Source: Octopus sinensis
Lineage: Eukaryota
NCBI RefSeq assembly: GCF_006345805.1
Contig: NC_042999.1
Location: 119,970,001 to 120,034,000 of the forward strand
Length of the DNA: 64,000 nucleotides
Direction of reading: 5' to 3'
The position numbers were made by a program, and so were the translations under genes. Shown one piece after another: positions 50,151 to 64,000 of the stretch. The stretch's first letter is position 1, and each line of letters begins with the position of its first letter. The notes beneath the pieces were generated by a model that was given only the letters and a program-made list of their open reading frames with translations, ran no database searches and was not told where the DNA came from.

Positions 50151-53100
50151 TTGAAGTTAATATTGGTGCTATGTAAAAGATAGTCCAGAACTGATTAAAG
50201 TCTGTCTTGTAATGTTAGTATTTTACTTGTAACTTTGTTTATTCAATACGAATAGAGTGTCAGATTGACCCGAAAGATATTCGGACTTAGTTTAGATATT
50301 TACGTAATTAGGAAAAGCAATTAATTTGACCCACTTATATCTATGGCTCAGCCAATTAGTTTTATATATAAGATGAAAATGATGAGATTATGGAAGTAGT
50401 GAAATTATAACAATAATAAAGATTATATGGAATTTCATTAATGATCATAGTTTCTGAAATCAAAATATTTTACGTTAGCTTTTTGATAAGTCTGTTTCGT
50501 GAAGAGAGTGTACTAATTTGTAATCGATTAATTTTCTTTTCACATGCGCAGAAGTCAAAGCTGAAAAATAAACTGGTTCAGAATAGTGCAGGCTGTGTAA
50601 CTGCCTCAAGTATATCTGTCATCCTCATTCGCAAAACTTCTAATAGCAAATATAGTTTATCAGTTATAAAATACACACACGAAGAGCTGCATGAATGCAA
50701 GCTAAATCGGAATATATAAAATAATAAAAAGCTATTAATAATTTTAGATATTCAATTGAAGTAAATTAGATATTTATCGATGTCCATAACAGATTTCAAA
50801 TTTCTACAAATTTGCTTGAATAAGCATCTCTCTTCTGTTATTGCATCGACTTGAAAACATATCAATAGGAAGAGGGTTTGTTAAATATTATGATTACTGA
50901 AGATAAATTTACATAATCATGATAATTTTATAGTATACATCGACTATTTTTCATTCACTTTATACACATTCTTTGAAAATGTCATTTATACAAAAAAGGC
51001 ATTTTATCACAATTCTATTTTAAAATATGTTTCCAACGAATGCTTTTATCGGGAGATATAAAAATTATATTTACAAGACTCGTTGCTTTTCATAACACAA
51101 TTATTTGTAATTCGATTGTAAGTTTAACAAAAAATATGCGTATAATTTAGAAACTTTGCGGGGAATAAACAACAAACCGAAGAAATATCAATAAAAAATA
51201 TTTGTTTCTTGACATATCCTTCATTTTATTTCATTACTCCATCATTCAAACGAATCATGAATAACAGTTTGTAAGCGTTAATATGAACATCACGTGTCGT
51301 AGATGTCTGAAAATCCAATGTATTGAATGATTAAGCTCTCAGGCTGTCTTCTTAAATTATCTTATTTGAACGTTTAGTCATTTATGCATCCAGGGTAAAG
51401 AAATTAGATGAGACATCAGAATGTCATACAACCTTACTTAATGTGTATAGTTCGGTGCCCTATCAGTTCAAATATATCAAATTTTTCCCCTCTTCCAGGA
51501 GTTAATAATGTGAGCATCATTATGGGATTGAAGTTGATTCAATAAACTATAATCATCAAGGTGTACAGAGGACTTTAACAATGATTCAATTTGGTATCTT
51601 CATTTATTAACGAAGAACAATGTTTCACCCTTTAACAACTCTAAATGAGTCAACGATGTTGCATTTACGCTTTCCCATGACATACTAGAAAGAACAAATA
51701 AATCGTCCTCAAATATCACTGTACTATCTTGAATAACGTTCGTTTTCGATAATGTACTCCGAAACATAGATAACATAACCACATAGGAAATGATAATCTT
51801 TATAGGTGTGCTCAGTCTAAGCTTACTTGGTGTTTAAGAGCAATGACAATAACAAAAGTAAAAATTACAAGAACAATGACTTAACATATAATCTAATGAC
51901 AACAAAATACCCGAAAGCATAAGATTTGTACAGGTTTAATTCACTTAGGTAAAAAGGAATTTATTTTCGGAAACGAAGGCAAGTGATTGAATTTAATGGA
52001 CTCTGTTAAGGCTGCTAATTTGATCGACAGAAATAGCTTATCTGAACCTAGGGGAGTTGGCACAAAGTTTTGAATCTTATAATAAAAAATAAACGTCTGA
52101 GTAAACAACGAAGCATATGGTTGACTAAATTACAACCATATGATTTAAAATATACACATGAATTTAAGTTTGTATTTATTATGGAATGTGTACGATAATA
52201 TAGTTAGACTTGTTTTATAATTTGACTTTTATATCAATTCTGGTAGAGATCTAAATATTAAATGGCAAACGGCCACATACAGATTGTCGTCTGCATTTCA
52301 GTCAGGGAGGAATGTCCCTCCAAGTCTGGAATATGTACGAAATGAATAAAACATCGGAGTGTAAGGTAATTTTTCTGTGACTTCAAACAAAACTGCTCAT
52401 GTGTATGTATGCACACAGAAACACACACACGCACACACATGCCAACACTCACATGCAAATATATATATATATATTCATATGCAGCCATATATAATTATGA
52501 GTGTATGTGATATATATATATATATATGTGTGTGTGTGTATGAATGTGTATGTATGTATGTATGTATGTATGTATGTATGTATGTATGTATGTATGTATG
52601 TATGTATGTATGTATGCATGCATGCGTGTGTGTATGTATATATATACTTATTCGCTGGCAATCTAAATCGAAGTCCCAAGATCATAGTAACTGAACATCC
52701 ATCAAATGGAAATAAAGCCTCTTAACGTCTACATAAATAGCTACAATGCAGAAGTGTTCGCGGAAGATTTTGTGAGTAACTCCCTTGTATTGGAATGGAG
52801 TGCCTTTGTTCAGCATACTGCAGGGCAAAGGCCTTAGCATGTTCTCTCCATTAAACAGGAACAGATGTAGAAGCCGTGAAATTTGATCTTGAGAGTGTAC
52901 TTGTTTGATTAGCCTGCTCACTCACACTAGTTCGTCATGGGTTGGCAGAAGGATACAATTATTTTTTTTTTACTTATACCCAGGAGCAGTAAAGTCTATT
53001 ACATCGACTCGCTTCTATTCGGCATGATATAGAAAAATTAGCAATTCGTCTTTTTGCAAGCAAAATATGAAATAATTGTTTGCATATTTATATTGGCATA

Positions 53101-53429
53101 TGCTTTCCTGGATATAGGATATGGATATTGTTCCATGCTGCATTATCGTGATTTTTGTTTGTTTGTAGACATTGATCTTCAGTTGAGGTGCTTGGAATAG
53201 ATTTAGTAATAACAATGGTAGGAAAGAAATTTACTATAAGTTGTATTTTTCTTTGGTTTGTTTGCAGTGCCATAAATACCTGAAAACTGAGCTCCATTCG
53301 ACGACATTTCTTGAACTGAAACATATCATATCATTAGTATAAGTTCACTGATATATATATATTATATATATATATTGTTATTATTATTTATATTATTGTA
53401 TGATTAAACGCCATGCATCCATTTCCAAA

Positions 53430-54010
53430 CAAGTAATATCTTAATAATTATGATGCGACACTTTCATTCTATTCTATTCTATTACTCCTCCGTCTTCTCT
53501 TTTCCTTTCTCTAATTCGCTTTATCTCCCCTTCTTCCGCCTCTCGTTTTTTTCTTCTCTTATCTTTTCTCTCATTCTTTTCTCTCCCTTTCGCCGTTATT
53601 TGTCTGTCCCTCTCTCTCCCTCACTCTTTCTCCTTTGCTCTTTTGTTGCTCCCACGTGACCATCGGCCTTCTCTTTTTTCCTAACTTCTGTTTCTTTCCC
53701 TATGATTTACTTGGAGGGAGCAGACGCATCTGTGTCTGTCTCCTGTCCAAGATTACTTCTTCATGTTCGACACCTCTCCTCGGTTAGGGTTAACAGCCCT
53801 TACTGTCCTTCTTGTGTTACCTAATTTTACTCTGCGCAAAATCCCAGATTTTATTTAAATTGTGGGAGCATCTGTTTTATCGAGGGTGTATCTTGTCATG
53901 ATTTGCTCGAAATACTGATTAGAAAAACAGTCGACAACTGATGAATGGTCGTTCTTTGTGTTGCGTGTCTTGTTTCCCATTTGTTTCTTTCGTTGTTCGA
54001 AAAAAATTCA
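53430..54010 (+). repeat. Unclassified interspersed repeat, related to 15075-15500
   Basis: Same 20-mer and CGAAATAC...ACTGATGAA motif order as the first copy. Confidence 0.65.
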
Positions 54011-54029
54011 TATTCCATGTATTCGTATT

Positions 54030-54915
54030 TCATGGTACGTCATTGTTGAACAACGTACACTGCAGACCGTTGGGGGGAATGAGACTAAATATGATAATCT
54101 GAACGCGCTATACACAGAGAATACGTTGGGCACGGTCATACTTCCGAATCGAATACTTGAAGAGCAATTTTGGTCAAATTAGTGACGTGGAGGCAAGCGT
54201 TGTAGTGTTAAAAAAGCTCGCTATGCCAACATTCGTGTCATTCCAGCTAGATTGCCTCGTAGAGCTGGTGCAATTGCTGAACGTAAAGCTCTGCATTGAC
54301 CGTGTGACGGTATTCAAGCATTTCATCGTGTATTATTCCTTCCTACTACTAACAAAAGCAGATCATTATCTTGCAGTCAACTCTGGTGTGGCTCAAGATG
54401 TAACTTGCTTGTAGGGTCCCAACCATTCTTTCCTCTACTATATGTTGACGTAATGTGTCATTTTATTTTTAATCAACGGTGGCGATGCGGTAAAAAATTA
54501 TGTTTGTGTACACTAGTAGCCTGGTATCGAATTAGCAAGTAGGCGGTAATAGAGAAGCGCTAGAGCTTCTCTCCCTTGTTCAGAGCATGTGGCACTCATG
54601 CAACGAGATTAAAATCTCGTTGTATTAGATGAAGGTCATGGGAGCTCATGCGAGCATCCTATTTGCTGGGTCAATTTCTTAGTGATTCACTTGAATACTA
54701 TGGATCCTCATCATATTAGACGGGTCTGCTGGAACGAAGATCGTCTGTGATGTAAAACGACATTTCTTGCAGTGTGAAAACAAACATTTCTGGGCAGTTC
54801 TTACCGTAATAGCATCCCCTTTGTACACAAATGAGGCGATCGGCTTTAGCACTTTAAGAATCTTGATTGAAAGTGAAGAGAAGGTGTCGAAAATGCTCAT
54901 GTTTTGCTACTTAGC
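54030..54915 (-). mobile_element. Decayed mariner transposase
   Basis: Minus translation KHEHFRHLLF..., RSSRP (HTH linker), EWLGP, EGIIHDEMLE..TVNAELYVQQL, HYNA (HDNARPH) and a YSxxxAxSDYH-like motif. Many stops. Confidence 0.82.
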
Positions 54916-56290
54916 ACTCTTTCGTCATATGTCTTAAAAGAGGTATGATAAATTAAAATCTTAAAACCAATAAACAAAAGTTTTAGAGGAAGAATACAGT
55001 TACAAAAATCATGAAATGCGACGCTAAAAATTTCGTATTATTTCAACTAACAATAGAAATTAGGAAGAAATGAACAAATTTATCTCACAGTGCAACGCAA
55101 ACAAACACGCGCGTGTGCACACACATATACACAGGATTAAATGTGTGCGTGTGTCTATGTGTGCATGCAGGTACGTGTGGCTACAATTCTGAATTTTTCT
55201 GGAAATAGTCTTAGAAACTGATTTTTCACAAGCAGTAGAATAAATAGGAGGAATTTAGCATACATAAGCAAAAATATTTCAAATTTTCCTCATCTTCAAT
55301 ATCAGTTCTATATCCTTGTCGTTCGTCATTTGCGATTTTGTTTCTTTCATTAAACATTTGCATTTTTTCTTTCTTTCATCCCTCCTCCACCTTTACACAT
55401 GCTCCTTACAGAAGCAAGTATACAGGAGGTTATTCACTTGCATCTGGTTTCCACACGCAGCATAACTAACTATTACAATTCATATCTGCAAAGACACAGA
55501 AAACTTGGTACCTAGCAGTTTCTTTGTATATTTAAATTATATTTTCCTAGGAATCTCTCCCAGTACTGGCTTCCTTCCCTAATATTTCATTCATTCCGGA
55601 GTTGCATTAATAAAGTTCATATATCCTAATGTTATTAATAAGTTGCGTCGGCCTTGTCATATGCAGACGCTTTTCTTTTTACTTTTACCTACATTCATAG
55701 TACAATTCACAGAGACGATCTTTTTCACTTGGCCCTTTTATTTCTATATTCAGATTGACGTTTCATTTATCTGTCACATTCATATTTTCGTATATCTATT
55801 CGCACTGTATTTCATAATTTACATTTTGTGTTTCCTAGGTTCACTTTCATCTGTTCTCTCTTTAATATGTGTGCGTGCGTGCGTATGTTAATGTATGTGT
55901 GTGTGTGTGTGTGTCTGTCTTTGTGCCCAAGCGTGTATGTATTTGAATCGCGCTCTGATTTTCGTTTACATATTTGCTTAGTGCATTTACACTTGTATAC
56001 GGTCATATGTGTGGATGCAATGCATACTAATGCATAGTATTCGCTAAGTGTAAAGCGATTCATGTGTAGATATATTACATTACGTATATGCGTATTGATA
56101 TGCTAGTTGATATATCTCTTCACGTTGCGCATGTAATCTCAACCACGGAGTAGCCATATGAGTGCAAACTTGTATATATATGTAACTATACTTTTCTTGT
56201 ATATCCACCACTATGTGCATGTACGCATATATGCAAACGCACATATGTATACGGAAGTATGCATATGTATACATAACTATGCATATGTTA

Positions 56291-56813
56291 AACAGTAAAG
56301 CTAATCGTCACATCAAAGTGGCTGTTGAATGTTACTACTAGTTTAACCCCAGGCAGATTCTCCGCCACTTGGTTATCGGTGCAAGACTCTGCACCCTTTA
56401 TTTACAATATATGGGTAACGGTTGTGGAGGACGAACCCCTATCACCCTCCAGCAGATAACAGGATCACGAAATTGACTCAGTTTCGAGCTATTTGGTCCA
56501 TCTTTAGTCACGAGTACCTGCATGTTAGAGCGATAATCAGAGTTCGCTATCACTAATAATATATTGTAAACAAAGTGACCATCGGTCACTGATTTGCAAC
56601 AAGCACAATAGCTAGTTGTAAAATCTGAAGGAGAGATAGAGTAGTAACTATCTGCTGGAGGATGGTATGGGTTGCCCCCCCCCCCACTAACAAAATATTG
56701 TATATAAAAGCTGCAGAGTGTTGCACCGATAACCAGCTGGAGAGAATCTGCCTCGTGTTAAACAACTGGTGACATTCAACAGCCACTTTGATATGGCGAC
56801 TGACTTCACTGTT
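56291..56813. mobile_element. MITE-like foldback with ~170-bp TIRs (also 57726-58248 and 59188-59711)
   Basis: 56291-56460 pairs with 56644-56813, e.g. atcaaagtggctgttgaatgt / acattcaacagccactttgat and ggttatcggtgcaa / ttgcaccgataacc. Confidence 0.8.
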
Positions 56814-56875
56814 GAGTATAGTTACAATTCTATCACTTCTTAAGATTTTACAACTAGCTATTTTGTTTATGTATA

Positions 56876-57262
56876 ACTAGCAGTATCGCCCGGCGTTGCT
56901 CAGGTTTGTAAGGGAAATAACTATAAAGCATTTTTAGAGAGTTATAGCCAAAAAATAGCAAAAAAATTGAAAAAAATTATGGTAAATTTTTTTTTGAGAT
57001 TTAAAAAAGGTGGAGTTGCGTCCCCTAGACAGTTTATGGTTTGTGTTTCTAATTCTCGACCCCATGTCGAATTTATCGATTTTTTTCAGAACTGGGGGAA
57101 CTTTTCAAAATTTCCGCTGCGTTAGTTTTGAATTATGACATTGGGCTATGTGTGTGTCAAGTTTCATCAGAATCGGTTGAAAGCCGTGGTCAGGGTGAGG
57201 GTACAAGCAAACAGACACACAGAAACACGCACAGACAAACTGCCGTTTATATATAGAGAGAT
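56876..57262 (+). mobile_element. Non-autonomous Helitron-like element, Lep1/HINE-type (also 58311-58697 and 59774-60160)
   Basis: 5' ACTAGCAGTATCGCCCGGCGTTGCTC. 3' AAGTTTCATCAGAATCGGTTGAAAGCCG hairpin, ACAGACAC-type tract and TATATATAGAGAGAT end. This architecture is recalled from Lep1/DINE-type rolling-circle elements. All three copies are 387 bp. Confidence 0.7.
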
Positions 57263-58762
57263 TTAATTCATGAGAATATTATATGTATAAATATGTTTGT
57301 TACTTGTATTTGGATGCACGTTTATATATATATATGTGTGTGTGTGTGTCTGTCTTTGTGCCCAAGCGTGTATGTATTTGAATCGCGCTCTGATTTTCGT
57401 TTACATATTTGCTTAGTGCATTTACACTTGTATACAGTCATATGTGTGGATGCAATGCATACTAATGCATAGTATTCGCTAAGTGTAAAGCGATTCATGT
57501 GTAGATATATTACATTACGTATATGCGTATTGATATGCTAGTTGATATATCTCTTCACGTTGCGCATGTAATCTCAACCACGGAGTAGCCATATGAGTGC
57601 AAACTTGTATATATATGTAACTATACTTTTCTTGTATATCCACCACTATGTGCATGTACGCATATATGCAAACGCACATATGTATACGGAAATATGCATA
57701 TGTATACATAACTATGCATATGTTAAACAGTAAAGCTAATCGTCACATCAAAGTGGCTGTTGAATGTTACTACTAGTTTAACCCCAGGCAGATTCTCCGC
57801 CACTTGGTTATCGGTGCAAGACTCTGCACCCTTTATTTACAATATATGGGTAACGGTTGTGGAGGACGAACCCCTATCACCCTCCAGCAGATAACAGGAT
57901 CACGAAATTGACTCAGTTTCGAGCTATTTGGTCCATCTTTAGTCACGAGTACCTGCATGTTAGAGCGATAATCAGAGTTCGCTATCACTAATAATATATT
58001 GTAAACAAAGTGACCATCGGTCACTGATTTGCAACAAGCACAATAGCTAGTTGTAAAATCTGAAGGAGAGATAGAGTAGTAACTATCTGCTGGAGGATGG
58101 TATGGGTTGCCCCCCCCCCACTAACAAAATATTGTATATAAAAGCTGCAGAGTGTTGCACCGATAACCAGCTGGGAGAGAATCTGCCTCGTGTTAAACAA
58201 CTGGTGACATTCAACAGCCACTTTGATATGGCGACTGACTTCACTGTTGAGTATAGTTACAATTCTATCACTTCTTAAGATTTTACAACTAGCTATTTTG
58301 TTTATGTATAACTAGCAGTATCGCCCGGCGTTGCTCAGGTTTGTAAGGGAAATAACTATAAAGCATTTTTAGAGAGTTATAGCCAAAAAATAGCAAAAAA
58401 ATTGAAAAAAATTATGGTAAATTTTTTTTTGAGATTTAAAAAAGGTGGAGTTGCGTCCCCTAGACAGTTTATGGTTTGTGTTTCTAATTCTCGACCCCAT
58501 GTCGAATTTATCGATTTTTTTCAGAACTGGGGGAACTTTTCAAAATTTCCGCTGCGTTAGTTTTGAATTATGACATTGGGCTATGTGTGTGTCAAGTTTC
58601 ATCAGAATCGGTTGAAAGCCGTGGTCAGGGTGAGGGTACAAGCAAACAGACACACAGAAACACGCACAGACAAACTGCCGTTTATATATAGAGAGATTTA
58701 ATTCATGAGAATATTATATGTATAAATATGTTTGTTACTTGTATTTGGATGCACGTTTATAT

Positions 58763-58811
<49 letters not shown>

Positions 58812-60224
58812 CTGTCTTTGTGCCCAAGCGTGTATGTATTTGAATCGCGCTCTGATTTTCGTTTACATATTTGCTTAGTGCATTTACACTTGTATACGGT
58901 CATATGTGTGGATGCAATGCATACTAATGCATAGTATTCGCTAAGTGTAAAGCGATTCATGTGTAGATATATTACATTACGTATATGCGTATTGATATGC
59001 TAGTTGATATATCTCTTCACGTTGCGCATGTAATCTCAACCACGGAGTAGCCATATGAGTGCAAACTTGTATATATATGTAACTATACTTTTCTTGTATA
59101 TCCACCACTATGTGCATGTACGCATATATGCAAACGCACATATGTATACGGAAATATGCATATGTATACATAACTATGCATATGTTAAACAGTAAAGCTA
59201 ATCGTCACATCAAAGTGGCTGTTGAATGTTACTACTAGTTTAACCCCAGGCAGATTCTCCGCCACTTGGTTATCGGTGCAAGACTCTGCACCCTTTATTT
59301 ACAATATATGGGTAACGGTTGTGGAGGACGAACCCCTATCACCCTCCAGCAGATAACAGGATCACGAAATTGACTCAGTTTCGAGCTATTTGGTCCATCT
59401 TTAGTCACGAGTACCTGCATGTTAGAGCGATAATCAGAGTTCGCTATCACTAATAATATATTGTAAACAAAGTGACCATCGGTCACTGATTTGCAACAAG
59501 CACAATAGCTAGTTGTAAAATCTGAAGGAGAGATAGAGTAGTAACTATCTGCTGGAGGATGGTATGGGTTGCCCCCCCCCCCACTAACAAAATATTGTAT
59601 ATAAAAGCTGCAGAGTGTTGCACCGATAACCAGCTGGGAGAGAATCTGCCTCGTGTTAAACAACTGGTGACATTCAACAGCCACTTTGATATGGCGACTG
59701 ACTTCACTGTTGAGTATAGTTACAATTCTATCACTTCTTAAGATTTTACAACTAGCTATTTTGTTTATGTATAACTAGCAGTATCGCCCGGCGTTGCTCA
59801 GGTTTGTAAGGGAAATAACTATAAAGCATTTTTAGAGAGTTATAGCCAAAAAATAGCAAAAAAATTGAAAAAAATTATGGTAAATTTTTTTTTGAGATTT
59901 AAAAAAGGTGGAGTTGCGTCCCCTAGACAGTTTATGGTTTGTGTTTCTAATTCTCGACCCCATGTCGAATTTATCGATTTTTTTCAGAACTGGGGGAACT
60001 TTTCAAAATTTCCGCTGCGTTAGTTTTGAATTATGACATTGGGCTATGTGTGTGTCAAGTTTCATCAGAATCGGTTGAAAGCCGTGGTCAGGGTGAGGGT
60101 ACAAGCAAACAGACACACAGAAACACGCACAGACAAACTGCCGTTTATATATAGAGAGATTTAATTCATGAGAATATTATATGTATAAATATGTTTGTTA
60201 CTTGTATTTGGATGCACGTTTATA

Positions 60225-60307
<83 letters not shown>

Positions 60308-60367
60308 TATTAATGGATAGGTGCATATACTTGTTTTCTTTGCGACTCACTAGTTACGTATTATTGC

Positions 60368-60531
60368 TGTGGCTGTGTCAAAAAAGCTTGCTTTCCAACC
60401 ACATGCTTGTGGGTTTGGTCCCACGTCTCACTGCATGACACCTTGGGCGGGTGTCAACTACTTTAGTCCTGAGCCGACCCAGTCTATTGAGTGGATTTAG
60501 TAAACAGAAAGTGAAAGAAAACCAACGTATG

Positions 60532-60562
<31 letters not shown>

Positions 60563-60825
60563 TGTGTGTGTGTGTTTGTATGTATATATGTATACACACA
60601 CGTGTGTATGTGCATGCCTTTATGTCTGTGTTTGTCCTCCACCACCGCTTGATATCCGGTATTATTGTGTTACGTCTCTGTAACTTAGTGGTTCGGCGAA
60701 AGAGATGATACAATAAGTACCAGGCTTAAAAAATAAAAGTATTGAGGGTCAATTCAGTCGATTAAAATTTTTCAAAGTGGTGCTCGAACATGGCCGTAGT
60801 TTAATTACTGAAACAAGTAAAAGAT
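60368..60825 (+). mobile_element. SINE family A, diverged copy
   Basis: gtggctgtgtc...ccaaccacatg...caccttgggc head, internal TA/TG tract, catggccgtagtttaattactgaaacaagtaaaag end. Confidence 0.82.
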
Positions 60826-60932
60826 AGTATGTGTGTGTGTACATCCGTGTGTACTATTTGCAATGTGATTGCACTTATGTGTGTGTTTCGTATCAATATA
60901 TGCGAAGATAGATAGATATAGATAGTTAGATA

Positions 60933-61085
60933 GACGACATGGTTCTTTCTGTTTCCATCTACCATATCCGCTGACAATGTTTTATTTGCCTCAGGGCTAT
61001 AGTGGAAGTCGCTTGCTCAAACTTTCATGTTGTGGGACTGGAAAGGGGACCATTTCGTTAGTAAGCAAGCTTTTTAGCACAGAGT
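60933..61085 (-). mobile_element. SINE family A, 5' half, diverged
   Basis: gtttccatctacca...gggctatagtggaag...gtgggactg...gtaagcaagct, collinear with 16205-16355. Confidence 0.65.
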
Positions 61086-61679
61086 TTGCCTCAACGCTTT
61101 CTGATCTGAAAGCCGTTAGGTGCGTGGGGCGTATCCGTCTTTTTAAATATCAGGAAAAAGTGTGAGATATTAAAAGATGGCTTCTAGATGGTAAGCATCT
61201 ATTGATCAACTCAGTTGGTGAGATGTTAATGCTGTGGAAGCGACACAAGCTATTCTCTTCGTTCATTGACCGACCTATTTGTAAAGGATGTTGCCATCAT
61301 GTTGTTATTACTTTGGCGACAGACAGCAATAAAGCATACCCAGTGTCATCAGATCCATGTAACGGGTACCGCACAATGTTGAATGGAATGTTGAACCAGT
61401 TGAATGGGATGTTGAACCAGGTCCACAGTTCGGTCGTCATCCATTGGAATTTTGACACAATAGCAACTATAATTTCTACGTGTGTTAACTAAATTTGATG
61501 GTGTTAGGTTGATCAACATGGGTGAGGACGCAGTCTTTACAGGGAGCGGGAATTAATTTACCCTTTTGTGTTGGACCTATTGTGCCTATAGTCAGGCTAT
61601 AGTGGTAAATCTGGATTGTCAGCTGCCAGTGGCTTGAAGTTCGTTAATAAGTCGTATCTTTTATGACATCAATAAAATA

Positions 61680-62112
<433 letters not shown>

Positions 62113-62879
62113 ACGGTTTTCAGACATTCAGAGGCAGAATCCGCAGTTGATAATATTTCAGATTTACAGGCTTGTGTGTGAGTTGGAAGGCGTGGTGCGT
62201 GCTTGCATTTTTAGAGGGATTTTGTCTTATCCGGGCCACTCTACGGAAGTACACACACCTCTATAGCTCGGTCCAGTATAGTGCTGGTAGCCTAGCAATG
62301 CGAAACCATATGAACGACCACGCGATGGTAAAGTAGGAAGGATCTGATAAAGATTTTCATAGAATTCGGCCTATCCGTTACAGTTACAGCCAATTTCATA
62401 AGTCGATTTGAAGACAGAAAACGACCATCCTTACATAATGCCCACGTCAACGAAATGCCCAGCCATGTTGTATGATAATAAGCGTCTGTATTTTAAGGGT
62501 ACTTTTATTTACAAACTTGGAGTATAATTTGTTGAGAATCAGACTTTAGAAGTGAAATTCTCTGAACAGTAAATATTATAATCTGTCTGCAATGTTTTGA
62601 AATTATGTGAGTATATTAATGTCTCTTTTAAATTTAGCAAGGACAGGAAACCAATTATCTGTGTTAATTCAACAAATTTGCAAGTAACAATGTGTTTCTG
62701 TTGCCAAGAGGCCTCGGGACAAGAGAGATCAATTGTCTTTTGTTGTACACCGTACAAATATAATTTAATTGATATTATTAAAATAGAAAACACTCTTTAT
62801 TTTTTGTGATATCAATACTATCGCCTACTTAGCTACAAATCAGAGCTATGTCTGAATTAATCTACAGAGGAAAATATTC

Positions 62880-63091
62880 TTTTCTAATATAGGCACAAAG
62901 CCCGAAATTTTGGGGGAGGGGCCAGTCGATTAGATCAACCCCAGTACGTAACTGGTACTTAATTTACCGACCCCGAAAGGATGGAAGGCAAAGTCGACCT
63001 CGACAGAATTTGAATTCTGAACGTAAAGACAGACGAAATACAGCTAAGCAATTAGCCTTGCGTGCTAACATTTCTGCCAACTCGCCGCCTT
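62880..63091 (-). mobile_element. SINE family B, near full length
   Basis: Minus strand AAGGCGGCGAGTTGGCAGAAATGTTAGCACG...; collinear with 650-854. Confidence 0.9.
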
Positions 63092-64000
63092 AGAGGAAAA
63101 GAGAATATTAAATACAAATATATTTTTATGCATTTGTATCATTGCTCAGCTCTAATACTGGTAATGTTTTGAAAGTGAAAAACATTTTAAGATGTAACGT
63201 ATACATTAGTTTAAAAGAATGTAAAAGGACACCAAAAGAGAAATATTGCATTCTCGTATTTTCGATATGCGTTGTTTTAACAGACTTTTGCACTATGCTG
63301 TATTTTTAGAGTTGATATTTACTTTAATTGAGTTAAAGAAAGAACATGATATTTTTCTTCAAATATAGGCATTTGGCTTCAGAGAATGTATTGCCTAAGG
63401 TAAAATAGTTTGCAAGAGAAAGGTAATGGATGATATTCATCAGAGATGTGAAGATTATAGAAATTTACCTTCCAGGTTAATACATTTTGTCTTAGTTACG
63501 AATGATTATTTTGGAGAGAGCGGCGCGTCAACACTTGAAGGTATCTTAAACATGCATCATATTTGGATGTATTTTTGCCATACTAAAGGCATTTTGTGAT
63601 CTCAATCTAGTTGAAAGGAATTACACAAGTTTTATACACATTATATTTAGGCTTCGTTATCTGATGTAAAAGAATTATGAAAATGATGAAAATGTTTGCT
63701 TAGAACAGAAAACTTAAACATATATCACAGAAAGTGAATAATGAAGCACGTCAGTATTGTTAAATATTATATAATAATTCAATTATATCAAATGTTGTTA
63801 ATTAATACTTAATTCCTCTTCATATCAAGAAAGAATTTGGCATTAATACTCCAGCACGTTCCATCCGAAACCTATAAAATCCTTAGATATTATATGGCAT
63901 TGGCAACATTATAAATGGAATATGAGAATCATGTAGAGATGGTAAATGGTTGTCGATCTCTTCCCTTAATTTCCCACCTCCAGCGCTATAACATGTGCGT

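Larger units (their letters stand above)
55914..60220. repeat. Tandem triplication of a ~1.44-kb unit
   Basis: tctgtctttgtgcccaagcg starts at 55914, 57349 and 58811 (periods 1435 and 1462). The ORF track repeats identical peptides three times. Junctions are (TA)n(TG)n. Confidence 0.97.

Noticed and set aside
52690-52960. Possible LINE RT C-terminal remnant on the minus strand
   Set aside because: Similarity to the TKxRLYxxxVLxxLLYG motif is too weak to call.
55914-60220. Tandem array as product of Helitron rolling-circle read-through
   Set aside because: Array boundaries fall in microsatellites, not at the Helitron-like termini; kept only as an alternative hypothesis.
61378-61419. 21-bp direct repeat GTTGAATGG(A/G)ATGTTGAACCA x2 within ORF 61202-61492
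   Set aside because: Only two copies and no spacer, so a simple tandem duplication rather than CRISPR; the ORF has no recognisable product.

Overview
AT-rich, microsatellite-dense animal DNA with no intact host protein-coding gene that I can support. The SINE families resemble those I recall from cephalopods (probably Octopus); that assignment is inference. Nearly all ORFs in the supplied track are translations of microsatellites or of decayed transposons. Recognisable contents: several tRNA-derived SINE families; RTE, R4/Dong-like and Penelope-like retroelement relics; mariner relics; a full-length but dead hAT (hATm-like) element with TIRs and an 8-bp TSD; several MITE-like foldbacks; a short Helitron-like element. 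Large rearrangements: a ~750-bp tandem duplication, a ~1.56-kb near-perfect palindrome and a ~1.44-kb tandem triplication. Any of these could be partly an assembly artefact. The most interesting signal is a set of type I hammerhead-ribozyme motifs with palindromic stem III, found in at least four different repeat families. One family has the architecture tRNA-like Pol III head + (AAT)n + hammerhead + 3' tail, seen at two independent loci. All alignments and translations were done by eye, and element boundaries are approximate unless termini are quoted.
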